From NCBI GenBank assembly GCA_026770705.1, contig JANJGN010000033.1, positions 9,310,805 to 9,364,000 of the forward strand: a stretch of DNA of 53,196 bases, given 5' to 3'. This document shows, one piece after another, positions 36,620 to 47,082 of the stretch. Origin of the DNA: Isurus oxyrinchus (taxonomy: Eukaryota). Positions within the stretch are counted from its first letter, which is position 1; the number at the start of each line of letters is the position of its first letter. The translations under genes and the position numbers were made by a program. The notes under the pieces are model-generated. The model was not told the DNA's origin, did no database searches, and saw only the letters and a list, made by a program, of their open reading frames with translations.

Positions 36620-37390
36620 CTGACACTGTATCGCAACAGCCCTTATCAAAGTCACCAATGACATCCTGTGTGAGGGTGACTGAGGTAAACTTTCCCTCCT
36701 CCTCCTCCTCGGCCTGTCTGCAGCCTTTGACACGGTCGACCACACCATCCTCCTCCAACACCTCTCCACAGCCTGGATGGGGTGGGACTGGTCTCCCCTG
36801 GTTCCAGTCTCACCTCTCCAATCACAGCCAGAGATTCACTTGCAATGTCGCCCGTTCCTGTCCTCACACCGTGACCTCAGGTTTTCCCCAAGGATCTATC
36901 CTTGGCCCCTCCTATTCCTCATCTTCATTCTGCACCTTGGCAACATCATCTGAAAGCCCAGCGTTAGTCTTCATGTGACCACTGATGACAGCCTGATCAA
37001 CCTCGCCACCAGCTAACTCGACCACCCCACTGTCTGTAAATTATCATGCTCACCCGATAAACAGGAATTTCATCCAGTTCAATATTGGGAAGTGTGAAAC
37101 CACTGTTTTTGGTTCTGGTTACAATCTCCAGTCCCTAGCTACCAATCCCATCCCTCTCCCTGGAAACCGTCACATTGACCCAGAGATGAGCTTCCAATGA
37201 CAAGTCACTAAGACCACCTATTTTCACCTCCGTAACACCACCCAATTCCACCCCATATCAGCTCATCGGCTGCTGAGACCCTCACTGATGCCTCTTTACC
37301 TTGAGGCTTGAGTATTCCAAGTCATTCCTGGCTGGTCTCCCACATTGCACTGTCTGTAAATTTGAGGCTATATCCAATCTCTGCTGTCCA
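36620..37390 (+). mobile_element. L2 LINE fragment (duplicate of 20660-21430)
   Basis: Near-identical to the unit-1 copy. Confidence 0.75.
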
Positions 37391-38344
37391 TAGTCACAGC
37401 ACTGGTGAACCTTGGGTCTAACCAAAATAAATGTAAAAAGCTAAAGACCAGGATTGATGCAAAACAGGGTTTTGACTCACGATCGCCCATTTTATTACTC
37501 TTGAAAACTGTGGTAACAAAATCCCTATGTGTCACTAAGAGATTGCTTAAAAAAAGACCTTACAAATCTCTACTCCATCCTGGGTTCACCCCAGAGATGC
37601 TGTAAAAGGGGCAGATGACATTTATGGTATATGTTGGGTAGGTGCCAGAGAAGTTAGGATGTTAAGGATGTAATAGTTACACAGTTGAAGTGTTTGGTAA
37701 ATGTAGCGATTTCTTTCAGGCCATTTCCCTCACATCAGTTGATTGCCCTGTGATTGGTTATCCTTAGAGAATCAGAATCAGGACTCCAATTTCAACATTG
37801 CTACAGTCACCCTGCAACTACATGTGGGTGTAAAGAAAGACAGATAAAAGCTTCATTTATGTAGCACCTTTCACAATGTCTCAAGTTGCATTAGCGCCAA
37901 TGAAGCCTTTAAGTTGTGAAAGTCACTGGCATAAGGTAAGCAGAGCAGGCTCGAGGGGCCGAATGGCCCACTCCTGCTCCTAATACATTCATGTGTGCAT
38001 CATTCAGATGAATGAAATGAGCTGTGCTAGAGGCCTTTTGTTATCCGTAATCATGTTGTGAACAGAGGGTGGAATCATGGCTGGAGTTCTGTTGATTTAG
38101 TTGCAAATGGAGGTTTACTGAGTAGGCTGTGTGGGGTGAGATTGCCAGGACAGGAGTGTGTAATGGTCTCAGAGTGAATCAGTATCCTGTTTCACTGCAC
38201 ATGATTCTCAAGAGGCTTTTCCATTGATTTAATTTTGTCCATTTGTCTAATTACCCAGTAGCCCACAGTATCTTGGTGCTGTCATGAGTTTTTTGAGCTG
38301 TTGAAATATGTGATAAAGTTGTGTTACATAGTAAATATTGAAAC

Positions 38345-38350
38345 TTTATT
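38345..38350 (-). terminator. Putative polyadenylation signal, gene 3
   Basis: AATAAA on the minus strand at the same distance from the stop as in gene 2. Confidence 0.5.
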
Positions 38351-38529
38351 GAAGAGAGAAGCAGCAAACAGCAGTGTCTTCAGATTTGCTGATCAAGAAA
38401 GCACAGGGACAATTGTGAACCACTTACTCTTTGCCCTGAGGCCCCTTAAATGTTGTGCTGCGCAGAGACACCAGAGGGCTCCAATTCTTCTCACTGACCC
38501 AAGTTGTTCAATCATCCCACATATCCTGC

Positions 38530-38565
38530 TCAGGGGTCGTTTGATTTTTCTACCGTGTGAGATAC
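38530..38565 (-). CDS. Gene 3 terminal cytoplasmic exon, VSHTVEKSNDP*
   Basis: Identical to the gene 2 exon and acceptor. Confidence 0.65.
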   Translation of the reverse strand, partial: VSHTVEKSNDP

Positions 38566-38629
38566 CTGTTAAAATAGAATCCAATTACATCCCTTCTATG
38601 AAATAATTATATTGAATAAAATCGATTTT

Positions 38630-41530
38630 ATTCATCTCTGGGATGTGAGCTTCAGTGGTTGCACCAGCATTTATTGCCCATCCCTAGTTGCCCTTGAGAA
38701 GGTGGTGATGAGCTGCCTTCTTGAGCTGCCGCAGTACATTGTGTAGATGCACCCGCCGGGCTGTTCAGGAGGGAGTTCCGGGATTTTGACCCAGCGACAG
38801 TGAAGGAACGGTGATATATTTACAAGTCAGGATGGAGAGTGGACTTGGAGGGGAGCTCCCAGTGGTGATGTTCCCCATTTGTCTGCTGCCCTTGTCCTTC
38901 AAGATGATAGTGCTCGTGGGTTTGGAAGGTGCTGTCGAAGGAGCCACTGGGATATTTTCCTGTCAAATTAATAAAATTGCATGATGCTGTTGAAGTAAAA
39001 TTTGTACACTCTGCTTAATAGTCATGGTGGGATCACCTATACGATGTACTCAAACTAACACAGCGCTATGTTGCTGCTACTCTCAATATTAAGTAGCCTT
39101 GCTGCATAGATATCGAGCGGCATTTTTAACCCGATGCCAACAATGGGCTTTATCATTTTGCTAGCACCTTCCTGTCATTGTTTGGTGACTTGGTCGGTGA
39201 ATCTCGGAAGGGGGATAAAATATCAGGAATAGTGAGAGGAGAGGGTTAAAGAGGTGGCAGGGTGTTTTGGGGGAGGTGGGTGGAATGAAAATGCAAACAC
39301 TCTGGGAAACAGGTTCGAATCCCATCTGGGCAGGTGGTGGAATTCGAATTCAATTAATTAATGAAGTCTGGAATCTAAATCTAGTCTCGGGAATGGTGAC
39401 CATGAATTTGTCATCAATTATTGTAAAAACCCCTCTGGGTCACTAATGCCCCTAAGGGAAGGAAATCTGCCATCCTTACCGGGTCTGGCCTTCCTGTGAC
39501 TCCAGACCCACAATAAGCAGTTGAATTTTAACTGCCCTCTGCATTGGCTGAGCAAGCCCCTCCTTTGAAGGGGCAATTAGGGATGGGCAACAAATGCTGA
39601 CCTTCCCAGTGAAGACCACATCCTGTGAAAGAGTGAAAAATAAACAAATAAGGGGCCTGCAAACAGGAGAAGAGCCGTGGCCCGTGACTTTTCTCTCTGG
39701 CTCTGGGTTCATGGCAGAGCTGACACTCCACAGAATTTAAATTACCACAAAAAAAAATTTAGCAGCAAACAGAGACTATTTCACCACAGAAATGTACAGC
39801 ATTAGAGTTTATTTACTCAGCGAACAGGGTCTGTTATTTATATTCTTTTACAGCATGTGGGCATTGCTGTCTAGGCCAGCATTTATTGCCCATCACTAAT
39901 TGCCCCTTGAGAAGGTGCTGGTGAGATGCTTTCTTGTGACGCTGAACCCTATGGGGTGGAGGTACACCCACACTGCTGTTAGGGACGGAGCTCCAGGATT
40001 TTGACCCAGTTGGTTTCAATTCTGCACTAAAGCAAGTCTTCACCAGCGTCTGCTTCAAAAGGAGGTTATAATTAGTTCAGAAAAGTGTCGTCTGCTAAGG
40101 ATGTGGCTCCTTCATTTGATAATGAGTGATCCGGCAAAATTGCAGGGCCCAGCACATCAGGACATATGGCCCTCAGTCACAGATTCTGACTGGTGACTTC
40201 AGTTTGATCCACTCGTCTCTCGTTTGGTCTGTTCCCAGAACCTTCGATCGGGAGAATCTGAAATTGATAACACAGGTTTATAGCAGCGAAACTCCCATGT
40301 GAAAGGACTGAGGCAACAACCAGGAATTCCAATTGACCAGAAGGAGGGACACTCAATGCTTGCAACTTTCACTCATGAGATGTTAGCATTACTGGCTCAG
40401 CCAATCTTTATTGCCCATCCCTAATTGCCCTTGAGAAGGTGGTGGCGAAGCTCCTTCTTGAACCACTGCAGTCCGTGTGGTGTAGGTACACCCACAGTGC
40501 TGTTAGGGAGGGAATACCAGGATTTTAACCCAGAGAGAGTGAAAGAATGGTGATATATTTCCAAGGCAGAATGGTGAGTGACTTGGAAGGGAACAGGCAA
40601 TTGGTGGTGTTCCCATGCATCTGCTGCTCTTGTCTATTTTGGTGGTTGAGGTTTCCTGTTTCGAACTTCAGTTAAAGGGACCTTGGGGAGTTGCTGCAGT
40701 GCATCTTGTAGATGGTACACACTGATGTCTCTGTGTGTCAGTGGTGGAGGCATTCAATGTTTTTGGATATGGTGCCAATCAAGCAGGGCTGCTTTGTACT
40801 GGATGGTGTGGAGCTTCTTGAGTGTTGTGGGAGCTGAGCTCATCCAGGCAAGTGGGGAGTATTCCATCACACTCCTGACTTGTAGATGGTGTGCTGCCTT
40901 CGAGGAGTCAGAAGGTGAGTTACTTGTTGCAGAATTCCTATCCTGCTCTTGTAGCCACAGTGTTTATATGGCAGGGTCAGTTTAATTCTCATCAATAATA
41001 ACACCCAGGAAGTTGATAGTGGGGGACTCAGCAATGGAAACTTCGTTAAAGGTCAAGGGGGTGCTGCTTAGACTCTATCTTATTTGAGATGGTCATTGCC
41101 TGGCACTGGTGTGGCACGAATGTTACTTGCCACACACCAGCCCAAGCCTGAATGGTCTCCATGTCTTGCACCATGAAGGTGTCATCAGCATCTGTACCTG
41201 AGGAGTTGTGAATGGTGCTGACCATTGTACAGTCACCAGAGACCATCCCCACTTCTGACTTCTGGATGGAAGAAAGGTCATTGAAGAAGCAGATGAAGAT
41301 GTTTGGCCCTCGGGCACATCCCTGTGGAATGCCCACATCGAGGACCTGGGATTGGGAACCACAACCACCTTCCTTTGTGCTTGATGAGACTCTATTCAGT
41401 GGAGAGATTCCCTAGTGCTCCTTGATGTCACACTCGGTCAAATGTTACCCTGATCTCAAGAGCAGTCACTCTCACCTCAGCTCTGGAATTCAGCTCTGTT
41501 ATCCAGGTTTGGAGCAAGGCTGGAATGAGG
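38630..41530 (-). mobile_element. Cluster of CR1 3' fragments (38630-38945, 39835-40010, 40385-41530) plus a SINE
   Basis: Repeated family tails and RT motif GIPQGCARGPNIFICFFNDL. Confidence 0.75.
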
Positions 41531-41677
41531 ACAGGAACTCAGTTATACAGAGACTCTGACTGTCCACTGGCGTGGGCTCCAGATTGATTGAGAGGCCATG
41601 TCTCATTATCTTTAAAACAAACATTATGTTTACATACATCACGGGAAATATTGATGATATCACAGAACTCAGATTAC

Positions 41678-41867
41678 CGTAACTTCTCTGCTCTTCATCA
41701 GATAAATTCCGATCAGCCAGACAATCGCCAGCATTCCCAGAGCGAGAACGGACCGGATGATCAGGATTACACCCTGGCCCGGTGTGTCTTCATCTTCCCC
41801 AGTGAGCTCTGATGTTGCTGCAGTCACTGAGGGGTTAACGGGGCTGGTGAGGGTGTGGGTCCCTGTC
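41678..41867 (-). CDS. Gene 3 stalk/TM exon carrying a 1-bp deletion (stop at 41824-41826 from the usual acceptor)
   Basis: 190 bp vs 191 bp in gene 2; G-run 41831-41834 has 4 G vs 5 G at 26478-26482. TM VILIIRSVLALGMLAIVWLIGIYLM is otherwise intact. Confidence 0.8.
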
Positions 41868-41959
41868 CTGTGAAATACAGGAATGGAAAGCAATGATGTG
41901 GAAAGAGGAACACGGACACAAGCCAGGAACAGAGTGTGATGGGAAACAGGTGAAATAGT

Positions 41960-44900
41960 CCCAGTGCCAGAAAACTTGGGAAACAGGAGTGACAGTGTTG
42001 GAGAATCTGGGGGAGACAGGAGTGTCAGTGTGGGAGAACCTGGGGGAGACAGGAGTGTCAGTGTGGGAGACCCTGGGGGAGACAGGATTGTCAGTGTGGG
42101 AGACCCTGGGGGAGACAGGAGTGTCAGTGTGGGAGACCCTGGGGGAGACAGGAGTGTCAGTGTGGGAGACCCTGGGGTAGACAGGAGTGTCAGTGTGGGA
42201 GACCCTGGGGGAGACAGGAGTGTCAGTGTGGGAGACCCCTGGGTAGACAGGAGTGTCAGTGTGGGAGACCCTGGGGGAGCCAGGAGTGTCAGTGTGGGAG
42301 ACTTTGGGGGAGACAGGAGAGTCAGTGTGGGAGACCCTGGGGGAGACATGAGTGTCAGTTTGGGAGACCCTGGGGACACAGGAGTGTCAGTGTGGGAGAC
42401 CCTGGGGGAGACAGGAGTGTCAGTGTGGAAGACTCTTGGGAAGACAGGAGTGTCAGTTTGGGAGACCCTGGGGGAGACAGGAGTGTCAGTATGGGAGACA
42501 CTGGGGAGTCAGGAGTGTCAGTGTGGGAGACCATGGGGGAGACAGGAGTGTCAGTGTGGGAGACCCTGGGGGAGACAGGAGTGTCAGTGTGGGAGACCCT
42601 GGGGGAGACAGGAGTGTCAGTGTGGGAGACCCTGGGGGAGAAAGGAGTGTCAGTTTGGGAGACCCTGGGGACACAGGAGTGTCAGTGTGGGAGACCCTGG
42701 GGGACACAGGAGTGTCAGTGTGGGAGACCCTGGGGGACACAGGAGTGTCAGTGTGGAAGACTCTTGGGGAGACACGAGTGTCAGTGTGGGAGACCCTGGG
42801 GGAGACAGGAGTGTCAGTGTGGGAGACTCTGGGGGAGACAGGAGTGTCAGTGTAGGAGACCCTGGGGGAGACAGGAGTGTCAGTGTAGGAGACCCTGGGG
42901 GAGACAGGAGTGTCAGTGTGGGAGACCCTGGGGGAGACAGGAGTGTCAGTGTAGGAGACCCTGGGGGAGACAGGAGTGTCAGTGTGGGAGACCCTGGGGG
43001 AGACAGGAGTGTCAGTGTGGGAGACCCTGGGGGAGACAGGAGTGTCAGTGTGGGAGACCCTGGGGGAGACAGGAGTGTCAGTGTGGGAGACTTTGGGGGA
43101 GACAGGAGTGTCAGTTTGGGAGACCCTGGGGACACAGGAGTGTCAGTGTGGGAGACCCTGGGGGAGACAGGAGTGTCAGTGTGGAAGACTCTTGGGAGGA
43201 CAGGAGTGTCAGTTTGGGAGACCCTGGGGGAGACAGGAGTGTCAGTATGGGAGACACTGGGGAGTCAGGAGTGTCAGTGTGGGAGACCATGGGGGAGACA
43301 GGAGTGTCGCTGTGGGAGACCCTGGGGGAGACAGGAGTGTCAGTGTGGGAGAGTTTGGGGGAGACAGGAGTGTCAGTGTGGGAGACCCTGGGGGAGACAG
43401 GAGTGTCAGTGTGGGAGACCCTGGGGAGTCAGGAGTGTCAGTGTGGGAGACTTTGGGGGAGACAGGAGTGTCAGTGTGGGCGACCCTGGGGGAGACAGGA
43501 GTGTCAGTGTGGGAGGCCCTGGGGAGACAGGAGTGTCAGTGTGGGAGACCCTGGGGGACACAGGAGTGTCAGTGTGGGAGACCCTGGGGGAGACAGGAGT
43601 GTCAGTGTGGAAGACTCTTGGGGAGACACGAGTGTCAGTGTGGGAGACCCTGGGGGAGACAGGAGTGTCAGTGTGGGAGACTTTGGGGGAGACAGGAGTG
43701 TCAGTGTGGGAGATCCTGGGGGAGACAGGAGTGTCAGTGTGGGAGACCCTGGGGGAGACAGGAGTGTCAGTGTGGGAGACCCTGGGGGAGACAGGAGTGT
43801 CAGTGTGAGAGACCCTGGGGGAGACAGGAATGTCAGTGTGGGAGACCCTGGGGGAGACAGGAGTGTCAGTCTGGGAGACCCTGGGGGAGACAGGAGTGTC
43901 AGTGTGGGAGACCCTGGGGGAGACAGGAGTGTCAGTGTGGGAGACCCTGGGGGAGACAGGAGTGTCAGTGTGGGAGATCCTGGGGGAGACAGGAGTGTCA
44001 GTCTGGGAGACCCTGGGGGAGACAGGAGTGTCAGTGTGGGAGACCCTGGGGGAGACAGGAGTGTCAGTGTGGGAGACCCAGGGGAGACAGGAGTGTCAGT
44101 GTGGGAGACCCTGGGGGAGACAGGAGTGTCAGTGTGGGAGACCCTGGGGGAGACAGGAGTGTCAGTGTGGGAGACCCTGGGGTAGACAGGAGTGTCATTG
44201 TGGGAGACCCTGGGGGAGACAGGAGTGTCAGTGTGGGAGACCCCTGGGTAGACAGGAGTGTCAGTGTGGGAGACCCTGGGGGAGCCAGGAGTGTCAGTGT
44301 GGGAGACTTTGGGGGAGACAGGAGAGTCAGTGTGGGAGACCCTGGGGGAGACATGAGTGTCAGTTTGGGAGACCCTGGGGACACAGGAGTGTCAGTGTGG
44401 GAGACCCTGGGGGAGACAGGAGTGTCAGTGTGGAAGACTCTTGGGAAGACAGGAGTGTCAGTTTGGGAGACCCTGGGGGAGACAGGAGTGTCAGTATGGG
44501 AGACACTGGGGAGTCAGGAGTGTCAGTGTGGGAGACCATGGGGGAGACAGGAGTGTCAGTGTGGGAGACCCTGGGGGAGACAGGAGTGTCAGTGTGGGAG
44601 ACCCTGGGGGAGACAGGAGTGTCAGTTTGGGAGACCCTGGGGGAGACAGGAGTGTCAGTTTGGGAGACCCTGGGGACACAGGAGTGTCAGTTTGGGAGAC
44701 CCTGGGGGACACAGGAGTGTCAGTGTGGGAGACCCTGGGGGAGACAGGAGTGTCAGTGTGGAAGACTCTTGGGGAGACACGAGTGTCAGTGTGGGAGACC
44801 CTGGGGGAGACAGGAGTGTCAGTGTGGGAGACTCTGGGGGAGACAGGAGTGTCAGTGTAGGAGACCCTGGGGGAGACAGGAGTGTCAGTGTAGGAGACCC

Positions 44901-46155
44901 TGGGGGAGACAGGAGTGTCAGTGTGGGAGACCCTGGGGGAGACAGGAGTGTCAGTGTAGGAGACCCTGGGGGAGACAGGAGTGTCAGTGTGGGAGACCCT
45001 GGGGGAGACAGGAGTGTCAGTGTGGGAGACCCTGGGGGAGACAGGAGTGTCAGTGTGGGAGACCCTGGGGGAGACAGGAGTGTCAGTGTGGGAGACTTTG
45101 GGGGAGACAGGAGTGTCAGTTTGGGAGACCCTGGGGACACAGGAGTGTCAGTGTGGGAGACCCTGGGGGAGACAGGAGTGTCAGTGTGGAAGACTCTTGG
45201 GAGGACAGGAGTGTCAGTTTGGGAGACCCTGGGGGAGACAGGAGTGTCAGTATGGGAGACACTGGGGAGTCAGGAGTGTCAGTGTGGGAGACCATGGGGG
45301 AGACAGGAGTGTCGCTGTGGGAGACCCTGGGGGAGACAGGAGTGTCAGTGTGGGAGAGTTTGGGGGAGACAGGAGTGTCAGTGTGGGAGACCCTGGGGGA
45401 GACAGGAGTGTCAGTGTGGGAGACCCTGGGGAGTCAGGAGTGTCAGTGTGGGAGACTTTGGGGGAGACAGGAGTGTCAGTGTGGGCGACCCTGGGGGAGA
45501 CAGGAGTGTCAGTGTGGGAGGCCCTGGGGAGACAGGAGTGTCAGTGTGGGAGACCCTGGGGGACACAGGAGTGTCAGTGTGGGAGACCCTGGGGGAGACA
45601 GGAGTGTCAGTGTGGAAGACTCTTGGGGAGACACGAGTGTCAGTGTGGGAGACCCTGGGGGAGACAGGAGTGTCAGTGTGGGAGACTTTGGGGGAGACAG
45701 GAGTGTCAGTGTGGGAGACCCTGGGGGAGACAGGAGTGTCAGTGTGGGAGACCCTGGGGGAGACAGGAGTGTCAGTGTGGGAGACCCTGGGGGAGACAGG
45801 AGTGTCAGTGTGAGAGACCCTGGGGGAGACAGGAATGTCAGTGTGGGAGACCCTGGGGGAGACAGGAGTGTCAGTCTGGGAGACCCTGGGGGAGACAGGA
45901 GTGTCAGTGTGGGAGACCCTGGGGGAGACAGGAGTGTCAGTGTGGGAGACCCTGGGGGAGACAGGAGTGTCAGTGTGGGAGACCCTGGGGGAGACAGGAG
46001 TGTCAGTGTGGGAGATCCTGGGGGAGACAGGAGTGTCAGTCTGGGAGACCCTGGGGGAGACAGGAGTGTCAGTGTGGGAGACCCTGGGGGAGACAGGAGT
46101 GTCAGTGTGGGAGACCCTGGGGGAGACAGCAGTGTCAGTGTGGGAGTCCCTGGGG
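41960..46155. repeat. 33-bp minisatellite array (~127 units) with 2005-bp higher-order duplication
   Basis: Same unit; diagnostic variants recur at +2005 bp. Confidence 0.95.
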
Positions 46156-46369
46156 AGGGAGGGGAAAGGCTGGAATTGGAGGAGAGCAGGTAATTTGGAG
46201 AGTTGTGGGTTTGGAGGAGATCACTCAGACAGGGTTAAAGGGATGCGAGGAAATTTAAAAAAAGACATTTGAAAATGAGTCAAACCTGAACCACCAACTG
46301 AGAAGTAAATAAAACGAGTTTATCCAATTGTTGTGAGAGAGAAATTCAAAGATCCAAATGAGTGTTTAC

Positions 46370-46735
46370 CTCGTACAATGAGGAGTGTCCCATTGATGCT
46401 TTGCCAGATCTCTCTGTTATCTCCTGTTGTCTCCACACGACAGTAATACCTGTTGTGGTCACTGAGTTTCAAGTGGTTTATCCGGATGGTTCCGTCGTTC
46501 CGAAATGGATTTCCCAGGAAATCAATCCGGCCGTGGTAATGGTAGTGAGTGTAATTCTCTGAGACGCTGAATATAAATTCTCCGTCAAACTGATATCTTC
46601 TCCAGTAAATGTTAATCTTTCTGGGTTTGTGTGTTTCTGGGTAAGTGAATGAACAGGGGATATCGATCGATTTCCCTATCAGCCCGTCCAGGCGCTCAGG
46701 CTGGGACACAGTGTAACCATCTCCTTTTATCATCA
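46370..46735 (-). CDS. Gene 3 Ig V-set exon, PILR/Siglec-like
   Basis: 366 bp, phase 1-1; DIPCSF, YWRR, YYCRV, WQSINGTLLIV. Confidence 0.92.
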
Positions 46736-46856
46736 CTGGGGGAGAGAGAAACAGTAAGTGGTTATTTCGGAATCGCCAATAAATCTCACCCAATAGAAAC
46801 CCAGTCCCGGAATGCTCTCAGGAACAGGGAAACTCCGAATCCGAAAGTGCAGCTGG

Positions 46857-47080
46857 TAACTCTCTAAATCTGTTATTCTATATATAAACCACACGCACCC
46901 TGAGATTAGATTCCAGTCTGTAACTCTGTAAATCTGTTATTCTATATATAAACCACACGCACCCTGAGATTAGATTCCAGTCTGTAACTCTGTAAATCTG
47001 TTATTCTATATATAAACCACACGAACCCTGAGATTAGATTCCAGTCTGTAACTCTGTAAATCTATTATTCTATATATAAA
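46857..47080. repeat. 64-bp minisatellite (3 clean units)
   Basis: Same unit as 7064. Confidence 0.9.
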
Positions 47081-47082
47081 TT

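Noticed and set aside
27004-46272. Very long plus-strand ORFs (up to 945 aa; WETLGETGVSV, GRQECQCGRPW and GDPGGDRSVSV repeats)
   Set aside because: Translations of a 33-bp minisatellite that lacks stops in all three plus frames; they are antisense to the genes and shift frame at 32-bp units.
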